A stretch of 49,514 nt of DNA from Catajapyx aquilonaris. Taxonomy: Eukaryota. Under the pieces are notes generated by a model that had not been told where the DNA came from, ran no database searches, and saw only the letters and a list, made by a program, of their open reading frames with translations. A program made the translations under genes and the position numbers. Shown piece by piece: positions 12,199 through 23,557 of this stretch. The stretch lies in the NCBI GenBank assembly GCA_000934665.2, contig JYFJ02002877.1, forward strand, positions 1-49,514, in the 5' to 3' direction. Within the stretch, counting starts at the first letter, position 1, and each line of letters begins with the position of its first letter.

Positions 12199-12741
12199 TC
12201 AGTCCCAAGTGACAATCTCTTCCTTCTGTTGCGGACACATGTCCCTGGCTTTGAGACTGGTCCTGAGTAAATGCTCCTGCTCCTCCGCCTCTATGTGGTG
12301 CATTACCACCAGGTACAAGAAGTTGCACCAGTGCCAGGAGTGACCTAGCAAGGTGAACCTTCCAGAATGAGTTGGCTTGACCCCAGCCTTCCTCAGGATT
12401 GTTCCTGTAAAGGCGTCCTCCACTGGAAACACCCGGACACTCCCCACCGTGCTTCTGAACTTTTGTAGAGTCGCAGCGGACAGGACGTACCCGGTACCTA
12501 TGGCGTATGAAGGGTAGTGGCGTCGCCAATAGTCCTTCATCGACACGTACCACTTTGACCTGGGTTCGCGAATGACGGTCAGTTCTCGCTGGAGTTTTCC
12601 CACGTACAGTTCAACCAATTTCTTGTCGTACTGTCTCAGCAGGAGACGCAGCAGGATCGGAACGTTCACGAAGCAGTCGTCGTCAGTCTTCAGGGCGAAT
12701 TGTACACCGCATTCCAGGGCGAACTTCATCCCATGAGTGAC
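12199..12741 (-). CDS. GT31 beta-1,3-galactosyltransferase-like, last coding exon (VTHGMKFA..KTDDDCFVN..YPSYAIGTGYVLS..EDAFTG..)
   Basis: DxD motif KTDDD, YPxYxxGxGYVLS and EDxxxG motifs of GT31. Acceptor gttcag|GTC is in frame with ORF 12199..12729. TGA stop. Confidence 0.93.
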   Translation of the reverse strand, partial: VTHGMKFALECGVQFALKTDDDCFVNVPILLRLLLRQYDKKLVELYVGKLQRELTVIREPRSKWYVSMKDYWRRHYPSYAIGTGYVLSAATLQKFRSTVGSVRVFPVEDAFTGTILRKAGVKPTHSGRFTLLGHSWHWCNFLYLVVMHHIEAEEQEHLLRTSLKARDMCPQQKEEIVTWD

Positions 12742-12803
12742 CTGAACAATATATTAGCAACAATTAAAAACTGGACACGATGAATCCTTTGAAAATAACT
12801 TGC

Positions 12804-13235
12804 CTTGAGAGAAAGATTTCTATAAGAATCCTGGTAGCTCCCAACAAGAAGGTCTCCATGTTTGTGAGCTTCAGTCTCCAGTAGTTGGGCCATGTTGTTT
12901 GCATCCTTGTCCACCTGGCCCACCAAAAACACGGTCTTCCACAGCCTGTTACGTCCGTATTGTCCTTGACACAAGCTGCCTTCGCATATTCTGTCTTTCA
13001 GGACGTTGGACGCCGACTGGTTCGTTCCAGACCACGTGTTGCGGATGGTGTCACGTCGCTCGAAGTTTTGGGGCCTGGACGTCACCAGGATGAGGACTAA
13101 AGGTGACCTGGTGCTTGACCCGCACCAGTCTGGTCCAGGTCTAGCCCAGAACACGTCATCCAGCGAATCTGGATCCCAGATGTACACTTCTTCCTCACCT
13201 TCCAGGCTCTCTCTGTCCCAAAAGTCGCGCCCAAC
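12804..13235 (-). CDS. GT31 beta-1,3-galactosyltransferase-like, coding exon 2 (VGRDFW..LVTSRPQNFERRDTIRNTW..EAHKHGDLLVGSYQDSYRNLSLK)
   Basis: GT31 motifs RxxIRxTW, ExxxHGDL and DSYxNLxLK. Acceptor ctgcag|GTT. Donor AAG|gcaagt (GC-AG). Phase 0 to 0. Confidence 0.92.
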
Positions 13236-13308
13236 CTGCAGAAACACATGTTGATTTTAATGACATTCTTTATATACAGTACCACAAGTCGCATCGTGAT
13301 GACTTCAC

Positions 13309-13530
13309 CTCTTTGGTGATCCGCTGACTGTCACGTAATCCATCCTGATATTGATACGGACTTCCGGTTCGTACTGTGCTGCTGGAATGCTGATTTGCCA
13401 AAATATAAGACACCTTCCGGTCTTGTTCCAGCAGAAGTAGTATGAGGCAGAGGAGCACTGCCACCACAAGAAAGACAATGGCAGGCGTCCGACATCTGCG
13501 GCTGCATGATGGCCTACGGACTGGAACCAT
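13309..13530 (-). CDS. GT31 beta-1,3-galactosyltransferase-like, coding exon 1 (basic cytoplasmic tail, type II signal anchor, stem)
   Basis: MVPVRRPSCSRRCRTP followed by hydrophobic AIVFLVVAVLLCLILLLL. Donor GAG|gtgaag gives a 73-nt phase-0 intron. A CAGCAG acceptor near 13554-13559 and a gtaagt donor at 13833 suggest an upstream UTR exon. Confidence 0.82.
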
Positions 13531-15321
13531 TACCCATCTCACATTGGGGTCACCTGCTGGGGTAATAAACCAAAAAGTGAAATCATGCCGCACTCTCACT
13601 AAAAATAATTTCTTCCCGATTGAGAAAAAAGCTGCGTCACTATATAGTCACACCGTGATGAGACGCACCTTTCGCAACGTCCTTGACACTACCAAGCAGC
13701 ACCGAGGTGTCCACTGTCTAAAAACAGAAGTCTCGTAAAGGTCATCTGGAGATCACCGTACTTGCAGCTGCCAAAAGAGCATGCATCCCGTGTGCAGACG
13801 CCGATGGACACGTCGCGAACGCTGTGCACTTACCCCCGACACTCACTTTCTCCGTCTTTTGTCCTTCTGCCAGACACACAGCGCAAATTACACACGTCAC
13901 AACCCCACGTGACCTACCTGGTGTAGTAGTACATTATAACAACAAAAAACAAACCCCGGACCGTTTGAAGCACAATGCTCACAGTAACACACCAACTGGG
14001 AGAGTGAAAAACCGGACGAAACAGACCTTGGACCACCTCCAAGGCCAAGTGCTCCATTTGATCGTGGAATAACAATTGATACAAAAATTTCTGCAGGCGA
14101 CTAACCTCCCATCCCCTTCAGTCAGTGGCTGGAAATAAACTGCGGAGAAAATATTTTTTTTTGCAAACCGGCTCAGGCGGTGACCCGAAGCGCAATGCAC
14201 TACTACACTTCCCCCGTCAGCTGTTGCCCAATTGGTCGTCATTGCAGTCTCCCATAAATCATGGTCGCTTCAAGGACCATGTAATTAGTTCAGTTTGCTT
14301 TAGCACTTTTTTTTGCGAGGGATGATGTACCTGCTAGCAGTGCGAAGGTCCGGTTTGCAGAAATTGGCAGGGGTCTGCAAACGTGGGCTGGACTATATGC
14401 GATTCGTTGTGACGTCATTGCTAGTGTCATAAATCATTGCCAGGAGAGAACATGTGGGCGTGTTGGAAAATATTATAGTCCAAATACAGACGTAGGTTTG
14501 GCTGCAGACAGAGGTCAAAGTCCTTGAGAATATTTTGTCATCATGATACGTACTAACTCTTCAAGAGCAATAATTATTGATAATTCAAAATTACGACAAA
14601 TAATGATGGCCAATTATTGGCCATCATTCGTTGTCATTTTCAAACTCACAATACTGGTTTACCGTGCTCAAATCATTAAAATATGATGTACGATTTTTTT
14701 CAAATTATTTGACCTTTTGCACGCATGAGAAAGTACCTTAATTGCCTCCAATTATACCAGCGTAAACTAGTTACGTTAAGTTCTCACGAGTGAGATATGG
14801 ATCACACAAGGATGTGAAACTGAATATTGCTATTGCATTTCTCAGAGTAGCTAATCGAGTTTTGTAGTTATTTATTTATTGAAGTACCTACCTACGGAGT
14901 ACAAGTAGGGTACTATTAAAATATATTGATTAATATTATCGACCCTCTTAGCAACTTGGGTTTCCAAACCCCGATGAAGTTGTCATGAAACTCTCATTAC
15001 ATTTTTGCAGTAAAGTTGGAGTATACTTCATCCGGTCGCATTGTAATATTGTCAATATTGTAATTTCTCCTAATGGAAATACTGCATAGTGGCGGTCTTC
15101 TAGTTAATAACACAATGGTTCAGGTCTGAAACATATTTTTGTTCCAAATGAATAAATAGCATTGTCCAACAGCTCATAACAAAACCTCTCAGGCCTTAGC
15201 ACAATATTAACCCTAGTATATTTACTATTCATTAGTATAAGTTTTTTGGGGGTGGGACGAGAGGAATATTCAAGTGAGGTATTACAGTACGGCAATTGAA
15301 TAAAAGCAGTGAGTTTCACGG

Positions 15322-17572
15322 TTTATTTGAATTTTATACAATATTCTTAGCATAATTACAAAGCGGTATAATAGGTAGTCTTACGTTGTTATGATACATT
15401 ATTCACATAACCGGTATAGCGGAGTTTGGTGCATTGATTTGAAAACTATCACATTGTATAGTGATTGCTTATCTTTTTATTATCCCCCTGTGGTTTTGAA
15501 GTACTGTTCAACAGAACAACAACAAGTGATGTAGAAGGGTTTTCATACTCTTCTGAAGGAAGACAGGAGAGGGGACATTGGGAGGGGAGATGATTCGGGA
15601 ATGGACATAACGTCATTGTCAACAACTTTTTGGGGACATTGATAATTAATCCGGCCTTTAAAGCGAGGTAGATTATTTCATCGCTGCCAATGAACTCTTG
15701 TCTAAATAAGCACACCTTGGATGACACCTCGTTACTATTTCTTTCACAAACACTTCCGAGTGAATGAAAACTGTCAATTTGTAATCCCAACACTCTTAAA
15801 AATTTCAAAAGCAATCGAACAACATGGCGTCAAAAATTCTCAACTTGCCCTGCAGCCCCGTAAGAAAATCCATGCTACTCGACATGAAAACTACTGTGAT
15901 ATCCCCATCTTAAGACAATCCCTCAGTTTTTATTGAGCTGGCTTCATAAAATATGTCCATTTTCTTATGCATAGCTGTCTTTGATAACCCCCTGGGAAAA
16001 AAAACAACAAAACAAACAACTGTTGAGCTATACTGCCATCTAAACTTGAGCAATGGTTATTCTTTTATCATGTCATCCACTATGTACGCCTGTTATTACT
16101 AGTGATGTGATTGATTTGGTTGTTGTTCTTGGGGGGGCATAAGTATCCATTTCTATCTTTTTTAAAAAACCCCTCCCGAAAATTGAAATGGCACAGTGCA
16201 CAGGGGGCAAGGAGATGAATGGGAAACACTTTCAATTTATTGCTTCAGACAGAAACAATTTGGATGAATGCTATATTTTTCGTGACACAGAGTTAAGAAT
16301 GGAGATGAAGGAGAACAAAAATAATACATGTATCAGTCATGCTCACACCTCTCGCTCTCTCACTCAATAGGGTGTGAATGATTCCAATAGGTAGAGCACA
16401 ACTTTTCTCAGAGTTTCACTTTTTTATCAAAAATAAACTCTGACACTTCAAACACAGGATGAGTTCACTTCAGCATAATTCGCCAGTCCTCATCAGTTTT
16501 ACGGAAGAAAGAAACAAAATATATGGTACCAAGATTGTCACGAAAGACTTCACACACGCGCACGCGCACACACACACATACTTATGTCCTGTAATACCGG
16601 AGCTTCAAAAGAGCTGACTAGAAATTTCTCTTCGCCGAGACTTAGCAAAATACCACAAGTGAATCACACCCAAATTTCGACTGCGAGGAGTTTCTAACCG
16701 GACTTCAGAGTTATCAGCACTTGCATCAGGCAGAAAAAAAAAGAGATGATGGAATGTCCATAAACAAAGGGGTACAAGTAATGGCATCGGACCAAATGGG
16801 ATATTACATTTCACCACAATACATGCAAAGTGTGTCTGCATTAAGTTTAAAATTACTATCAAAAATTTCACATACGAATTTTTATTGCTGCGAGACACTA
16901 GGTGAGGTGTAACTGCCATGATGGGCCAGCAAGAGAGCTCCATAATGCATAATACCACCGTAATACAAGTTATCAGCAATGCAAAAAAATCTGCTGCTGG
17001 AAGCACGGCAGTGACATGCAAAGTTAATTAGGTTAAGATTATTTATATTGCAATCAACATTTTCAATGTGCTTCCAGTTCTCCTTTACAACCTGCACTCT
17101 GGTCCCAGGATCAAAGCTACAAATGCTCTAGAGTAGTGAAAATGGACATGTTACACTGTCCTACCATTTTGTCATTATTTTATCCTTATTATTATTGGAA
17201 TGATTTATTTCATATTATTTCTTCTATATGTAGCCTAGTGTTGTGAGGAAATGTTAATGGTCGAGACCGGTTCACAGTTTCTGACTGCAGGTCATTCCTG
17301 AAAACAGCAGGTGAAGCTGCATGTGTTTGTTCAGCCTCACCTTTTCATATCGCAAGTGTCCAGTGCAAACATGACATAAAAGTTACAGTGGTATGCCATG
17401 AATGAATAAGAATTTTGCAAACTAAACTAGGCAGTTAAATTTGCTTTGTCAGTAATTTCATAACTAGGGATTTTAAAAGCTGCGGCAGTGATCCTGGACC
17501 ATCAGGACTGCGGAGTCACCCAATTGCCTCATTACCATTACTTGCACCTACTTTCACATAACTATGCCCCCT
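15322..17572 (-). other. Probable long (about 2.2 kb) cdi/TESK 3'UTR ending near an AATAAA at 15322-15327
   Basis: Follows the stop codon, no credible ORF, AT-rich. End position inferred only from the hexamer. Confidence 0.45.
16551..16580. repeat. Alternating purine-pyrimidine (CA/CG)n tract
   Basis: CACACACGCGCACGCGCACACACACACATA. Confidence 0.85.
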
Positions 17573-18169
17573 TCACTTCCTATCAAATAGTTGCACCTTC
17601 GACTTGACTGCTCCCTCGCATATCTTGAGCCTTTGCGTCTTCTTCACAGTGGTTCTCTCTCGCACTCCTCCTGTTCCGTCCTTCTCAAGACACTTCTCTA
17701 TTAGGAAGCTGATCTTTTGTGATGTGCCTCCAACCATGCACTGACCCCTCACCCCTGGACCCCCCACCTTTCCATTGCACTCAAAATACTCGACGATCCG
17801 CCTTACGTCCTTCTCTCCGAAAGCGTGGCGATCGTCACAACAGTACAAATCAGCTCCCAAGCTCGAAACGTCCTCAGAGCTGTCAGTATAAATGGAGGAT
17901 GAGCGCTTGACCAGTAATGACAGAGTGCTGCTTCGGGTTGTGTTCGATGTGGCGCAAGCACCCAAATCATCCTCAGCTTCAGAACTGCCTGACCTGAGTG
18001 ATGATGATGTGTCATCTAACGACAAGAGGCCATACTCAGGTGAGAGGTCACAGGCACTCATCCGTTCTGCTGCTTCTCCAACACTAAAGAATCCTGACTC
18101 GCATGAGCCACGGCGACGCAAGGATGAGAGCGGAGGGAATATGGACACTGCTTCTGGATCTTCCTTGCA
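17573..18169 (-). CDS. TESK: TESK/cdi kinase, last coding exon 9 (CKEDPEAVSIF..RRRGSCESGFFS..KRSSSIYTDSSED..VKSKVQLFDRK*)
   Basis: Acceptor ttttag|TGC, phase 0, in frame with ORF 17573..18148. Ser-rich tail, TGA stop. Confidence 0.85.
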   Translation of the reverse strand, partial: CKEDPEAVSIFPPLSSLRRRGSCESGFFSVGEAAERMSACDLSPEYGLLSLDDTSSSLRSGSSEAEDDLGACATSNTTRSSTLSLLVKRSSSIYTDSSEDVSSLGADLYCCDDRHAFGEKDVRRIVEYFECNGKVGGPGVRGQCMVGGTSQKISFLIEKCLEKDGTGGVRERTTVKKTQRLKICEGAVKSKVQLFDRK

Positions 18170-18343
18170 CTAAAAGAGAGATTTGCAAATAGTGTGTTAA
18201 TAAATAATTTTGAGATATCATTCGAGAAAGATCAAACATTATTATCAAAGCAACTGATACAATGCTTCATTATAAGGAAGGTTCTTAAATGATTTTACAG
18301 AATTAAAAGATTAGGTCATGATGAAGCATAGAACTGCTCTCAC

Positions 18344-18876
18344 AGCAAATGGGGTGTCCAGAAGTGTCCGGTTGAACAGTGGATGGCGGAAGAGAGGTGC
18401 CTCCGGCCCTCCCCCTGCTCCCACCACTGCTCCTGCTTCTCCCACCTCCTCCTTTTGCACCTCCTTCCTTCTCATCCATGGTGACCCAGGAACTGATCCT
18501 GATTCCTCTTTGGCCCCAGGCGTACATGCTGGTGATGGGAGCTCAAAGCAGCTTGAGAAGAGATCTCCTGTCGATGATCCCAAAATCTTCTTCCCATCCC
18601 GGAACTGGGACAGATTGGCAAAGGGGTTGATCCCTCTCCTCGGTAGCGTTGATGGGTGAGGCATTAGGATCAGAGGCAGAGACGGTGGTGAGCTGAGGCT
18701 GTGACGGACCTCCCTGGCCTGTGGTGTGGGGAGTTGGGACGGAGGGCTAAGTTGGGACGAGGCAGCCACGCTCCTGGGACGTTTGCTCTTGGAGTGGACA
18801 AAGTGGCAGCGGGCTCGGTCGCTTGGGGTGCTATGAGGCACAAGGATCTCCTCCGAAAGTGAGCGTCGATGCCCAA
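18344..18876 (-). CDS. TESK: TESK/cdi kinase coding exon 8 (GHRRSLSEEIL..NPFANLSQFRDGKKILGS..DLFSSCFELPSP..DTPFA)
   Basis: Acceptor catctag|TT phase 1, donor GCT|gtgaga phase 0. NPF...GKKI block recalls the conserved TESK C-terminal region. Confidence 0.85.
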
Positions 18877-20779
18877 CTAGATGAAGATCATAATATAAAT
18901 GTTAGCAAATGGGCATCATCTGTTAAATGATATATCCAGTTTGATGGGCTTGACTTTCCAAAGAACATGTTGCCTGCTTGTAATATGACATGTCATTCAA
19001 AATAACAGCAGTAATGAAATGATGCACTTATTGACCCTTGTAAATCAATATAGGATGTTTTTTTCTTCTTCTGTTTCATAAATCTGTCAAGCATTTTCAA
19101 TGCTGTGAATACATGTACATTATTTCAGCAACTACTGGTATATCAATCTGCAAACATCACAATCAACTTGGCTTCATCTGGCTTTAAAAACTGGTTGAAT
19201 GGCTAGTGATATTCAAGCGACCAGTTCCCAATGGCAAGAAGTAACTGACTTGGTCTGCACACTACCTACAACTGAGGAGTAACCATCTGAATTATGGTCG
19301 TAACTGAACATTGCCAGAATACGTTGACAATAAACCTCTCGAAACCTGTCATTGTTCAAAATAACAAAACTGCTCACTGCATGTTTTCGCAAAAAGACAA
19401 GCCCTCAACATCTTATCTGGATGTATCCTGGCATGAAAAGCAATCCAACTCATCCAAGAAAAACTGCAATAAAATGAACCATTACGTTATGCTCTGAATG
19501 TAGCGGAAGTTATTCAATATATGCTCTAATCCACTGTTATATATTTCCGCAAATTGTTCAGGTTCATTTTATTCTGGTTTCATTGAATTTTTATTTACGG
19601 TGCCAATCATTCACGGTGTTGGGTGTCATGTGATTTAAGTGCGCATTACCTTATTGTGCTATGAATTAGAATTGAGTTGGATATTTTCCATGCCAATATA
19701 TTTTCTGTGGCCCTGTGCACAATTCTTGCACCTGACAATCTAACGTACTGTAAAGCTCCTATGGACTAGTGTATAAAAATCCAACTGGTGTCTAGGCAGA
19801 ATGCAAGATTTAAGCACAGTACCACAGACTAATTTAAAACAAAAGTATTGTACCTTGCACTTATTTTTACTGTGGTGTTGTCATGCCTTATGCTATATGT
19901 GTCTTTCAACAGGTGCTACCCTTGTGTTCAACTTCTATCAAGTCACAAACTTTTAACAGTCATAAATCAAACGGGGAGGGAAACAAATATAACATAAGAA
20001 ATGTGAAATGTGTGTCAAACATGTGGCAATCTTCAGGTTACCTCTCGCTGACCATCTTGCAAACGGCATATTATTTTTCACCTACATAACAACTCTCATG
20101 CTCATTCTCGCTGGACAGAACAAATTACAAGGCAAAATGAAACGAGCACTGCAAGCAAAAATAAAAGTTTGGGGAGGCGATGCATCAAGCACTAAAAGCG
20201 CATAGGTATCACTCCAGGAGGGTGGGTTAAGGGTTAGAAGTGGGAAGAAAAGACTCACTGCCAAATCCACTCTTGCCTACTTGTCCTAATAACTCGTTCA
20301 AACACATGTCAGTTTTTCATATCTTTTTTTTTTAGTCACTTCTACTTGGGGGGCTGGGTCTTATTTAAACCCAGTTGGAGTTTGGGTCCTGGTGGTTAGT
20401 GTTCTCTTCCGAGCGACTCACGAACTTCATACACATTACATAGTTAAACGGGCAAAAACCTAAAAGGGAATTTGCATTGCATTATATACATCCCAGTTAC
20501 CAGCTACCAAACTTCCTAATTTCTCTCTCTTTTTTTGGCATGTCTCTATAGCCTTATCGTTAGTTGCAAATTCATTGTAGTCGCTAATCATGCTGCATTG
20601 TACAAAGCGCCAGTAAGGCAGAGAGCGAAAAAGTACATACCTGGCAACAAGAATTGTAAAGAGAAGGAAGTCATGTCAATGACACACGAGTATCCAAGTA
20701 TATATATTTTTTCTATTGCATGTGTGTATCTGTACATGAATGTTTAGAGATTCCTGGATTGAGTGGGGGCAAAGCTCAC

Positions 20780-20969
20780 CTTTCTTAGAGGCCTTTTCTG
20801 TAGATACCAAAACCTCTTCAGTTCGTCCTCCAGGTGTGATAGTAGTAGCAGTGGAAGCAGGTTCCACTTCCACAGTGATCACTTTCGGTGCAGGCTCAAC
20901 CCATCCGTCAAGCATCACCTCAAGCTCCTTCACTATGGCCTCAAAGGACGGCCGGCTTTGAGCATTTAT
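20780..20969 (-). CDS. TESK: TESK/cdi kinase coding exon 7 (INAQSRPSFEAIVKELE..., kinase subdomain XI)
   Basis: RPSF motif. Acceptor gtgcag|ATA, donor AAG|gtgagc, phase 0 to 1. Confidence 0.9.
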
Positions 20970-21060
20970 CTGCACAGAAGGAGAAAGAAAATAATCAAGA
21001 AAAAATGTCCTTCTAGTTCAGAAGAATGGGAAGAACAAGGCTGCAAAAAAATGTCCTCAC

Positions 21061-21313
21061 CCGACAGCAGCAGAAGGCGAGGTTGAGAAGATCCTGAGGG
21101 CAATCTGGACACATCTCACGAAATGCGTGGCAGTCCAGCCCAAAGTTCTCTGTCCGAGGCAACACGTCTGGATCTGCCTCCACCCTGGCAATCACCTCGC
21201 ACAAAATGATGCCGAAGGAGAAGACATCTGACTTCTCATTGTACCACTCACCCTTCAGGCACTCTGGGGACATCCAGTATGGAGAGCCCACTGTTGGCAG
21301 TCGATATGGTGCT
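21061..21313 (-). CDS. TESK: TESK/cdi kinase coding exon 6 (APYRLPTVGSPYWMSPECLKG..SDVFSFGIILCE..ADPDVLPRTENFGLD..)
   Basis: TESK-type VGSPYWM activation segment and ADPDxLPRTExFGLD. Acceptor ttttcag|A, donor CGG|gtgagg. Confidence 0.96.
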
Positions 21314-21384
21314 CTGAAAACCACGAGAGAAAAAGCCGTAAAAATATTTATATCATCCTTTTAAGAAGGCTGAGAGATTCTTAC

Positions 21385-21473
21385 AGAGGATCTGGAATTT
21401 TGGCAGCCAAGCCGAAATCCCCAACGACAGCCATCATCTCACCACTCTCCTCATCCTTCTTGATCAGTACATT
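21385..21473 (-). CDS. TESK: TESK/cdi kinase coding exon 5 ([29 protein letters not shown])
   Basis: Not in the ORF track. DFG motif. Acceptor ctttcag|AAT, donor CT|gtaaga, phase 0 to 2. Confidence 0.95.
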
Positions 21474-23407
21474 CTGAAAGGCAAAGAGTTGATAATGTAC
21501 ACAAGATTGATTGCATCTATATGCCAGTACAAACGGGGGTTAGACACCATACAATTCCCTGTAGGGGTGAGAGGGAGCAGTGTACTGTGAAATTCAAGAA
21601 AATGATTTGAAACAATTCTTCCAGGCATTAGTTCAGGTAGAGATTATCAGCTGTTTCTTAACTACATGCTACTTGAACAAAATGAATATACTTGATTGTA
21701 AAGTGGGCACTTGTACATCTGTAAAACACTGTGGTAGCCCCAAGTCATATTCACTTGAATAACATAATGATAAAAATTGTTGCTATTGTTGCTACAAATT
21801 AGGGTCACCGGCAATCAGTCAATGAAATTAAGCACTGAACAAACTCAAGACTGTTGCCCTAGTAACCAGGCTGTAGCGGCACGAAAGCCTATTTTTAAAT
21901 GCCAGCTTCAATTGTACCTCTGCAAAAAAAACAAAAAAACTTCACAAGTAACTCCTGCCGCCCTCTTTACCATTATCACTGACAAACACTTAAACATATC
22001 AAGGGACAATTTGACCTTATCATTTCCATTCAAGTGATTATCAACATGCTGGTTGATCAATGTGATTTACCGCACTGACAGAAGATCAGTGTGGCGTAAT
22101 TGTACAGATATCTTGGGATTACTTAACACTTATGGCCCAATTTTTCACTGGAAAAAGAGAGAGTAAATTGGAGTAAACCTTTTGGCAAGTGAAAAAACAC
22201 TCCACGGAAACTTTGGTAAGTCACCACCCTGTATGCAATATATTTTGGGAACATGCCACTGCAATTCGTACCAATGCGCCTGGCAAAAATGTCTACATCA
22301 ATTCGGCAAACTGAACAAATGGAGCATGAGTAGTTGCCCACACCCTTCAGACGACCCAGAACCAGTGCCAAGACCAGGTCCACCCCCGCATTTTGAAGGT
22401 GCATTGGTGAGGATGAATCAGGGAAGCCTCGCCCTGGGTTTAAGCGAGATAAAAAAAAAAAAGAAGCCTCCGGGTGGGCCCCTTGCCAACCTGAAAAGGC
22501 GGCCCCATCTGCTGCATGAGACGTCGGGTTCTGTTTATAGCCCCGACCCTTGCAACCTCCCGACCTCACGCTCAGAGACCACGAATCTGGTCCTTTCGAC
22601 CACTTCCCGGTCAGTCGTGAACGAAAGCTTGCGAAATGACCATCAAAAAAACTAGAATTTCCCCCCCTCCCCTGCCATACAGAGTAGGACAGTAGGGTGC
22701 AACAGGTTCGATCTCTCGCTAATCCCGTTCTTTTTTAAATTCAAAATGAAGGCAGGCCTTGCAAATATTGCAGCGAAATCGATTTTAAGCTCGGATTTTT
22801 CCCACGAAATTTCACGCGATTTCTCGGGGAAGCAGGAAGGAGGCCATTTCCCTCAACTCCTCCAAGTTAGTCACCGCAAAATCGTATGCATCTTTTTTGT
22901 TCGTTCTTCTTCTTCTCCCCGCTTCCTGCGACCTACACCGAGTCATCCATCACGCGTGCTCAGCGCATTCCCCTGGCAACCGGCCTCCATTCGGGAATTC
23001 CACCTCAAGGTGTATGCACTGTACCCTCCTTTCTATTCACAAACCCACGCTCCTGCTACAGAATGAATAATTCAGAATAATAATTAACCCCGAGGTAGAC
23101 TATCTGAACACGGGCAAATTTTCATCTCAAGACAGAACTGCAGACAACTAAAGATTTTCTCAAAATTCGGATCCGTAGATTTCCCAGAGGAGTTTGGAAG
23201 GTTTCTCTCCCCACAAAGGTCACGGGCGCCAGCTGACTTCCCTCTGGGGAAGTGACATCCGAAACCTGGCACGTGTCACTCTCCGGCAGCTGGCATATTT
23301 TTTTATTTTTTATTTGGGAAGCTCCGGAATCAAAAAAAGTGAGCTCACAGGAGGGTTTGAATTTGTAATCCGTCAGGGGAAAGGGTCGGCACGTGTTACT
23401 CCTTTAC

Positions 23408-23557
23408 CTTGGAGGTCAGGTCCCTGTGGAAAATGCCCCTGGAGTGCAGGTATTGCATGCCTCTGGAGATGTCCAAATCCAGCTGCACGCGCTGCTTCCA
23501 GAGCAGCGGAGTGCTGTGGAGCTGCAGGAGCTGCTCCAAACTACCGCCGTTGATGTA
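23408..23557 (-). CDS. TESK: TESK/cdi kinase coding exon 4 ([33 protein letters not shown])
   Basis: Not in the ORF track. HRDLTSK(N) catalytic loop is diagnostic of TESK (LIMK has HRDLNSxN). Acceptor ttgcag|TAC, donor AAG|gtaaag. Confidence 0.96.

Noticed and set aside
12726..12803. Apparent frameshift suggesting a B3GALT pseudogene or programmed frameshift
   Set aside because: Fully explained by the GC-AG intron.
17540..17575. Stop-codon readthrough of cdi (TGA)
   Set aside because: Context TGA-AGG is not the leaky TGA-CTA type, and another stop follows five codons later.
22123..22655. Overlapping 148-aa and 157-aa ORFs as a nested gene in cdi intron 4
   Set aside because: No recognisable domain, they run through homopolymer tracts, and no coherent exon structure.
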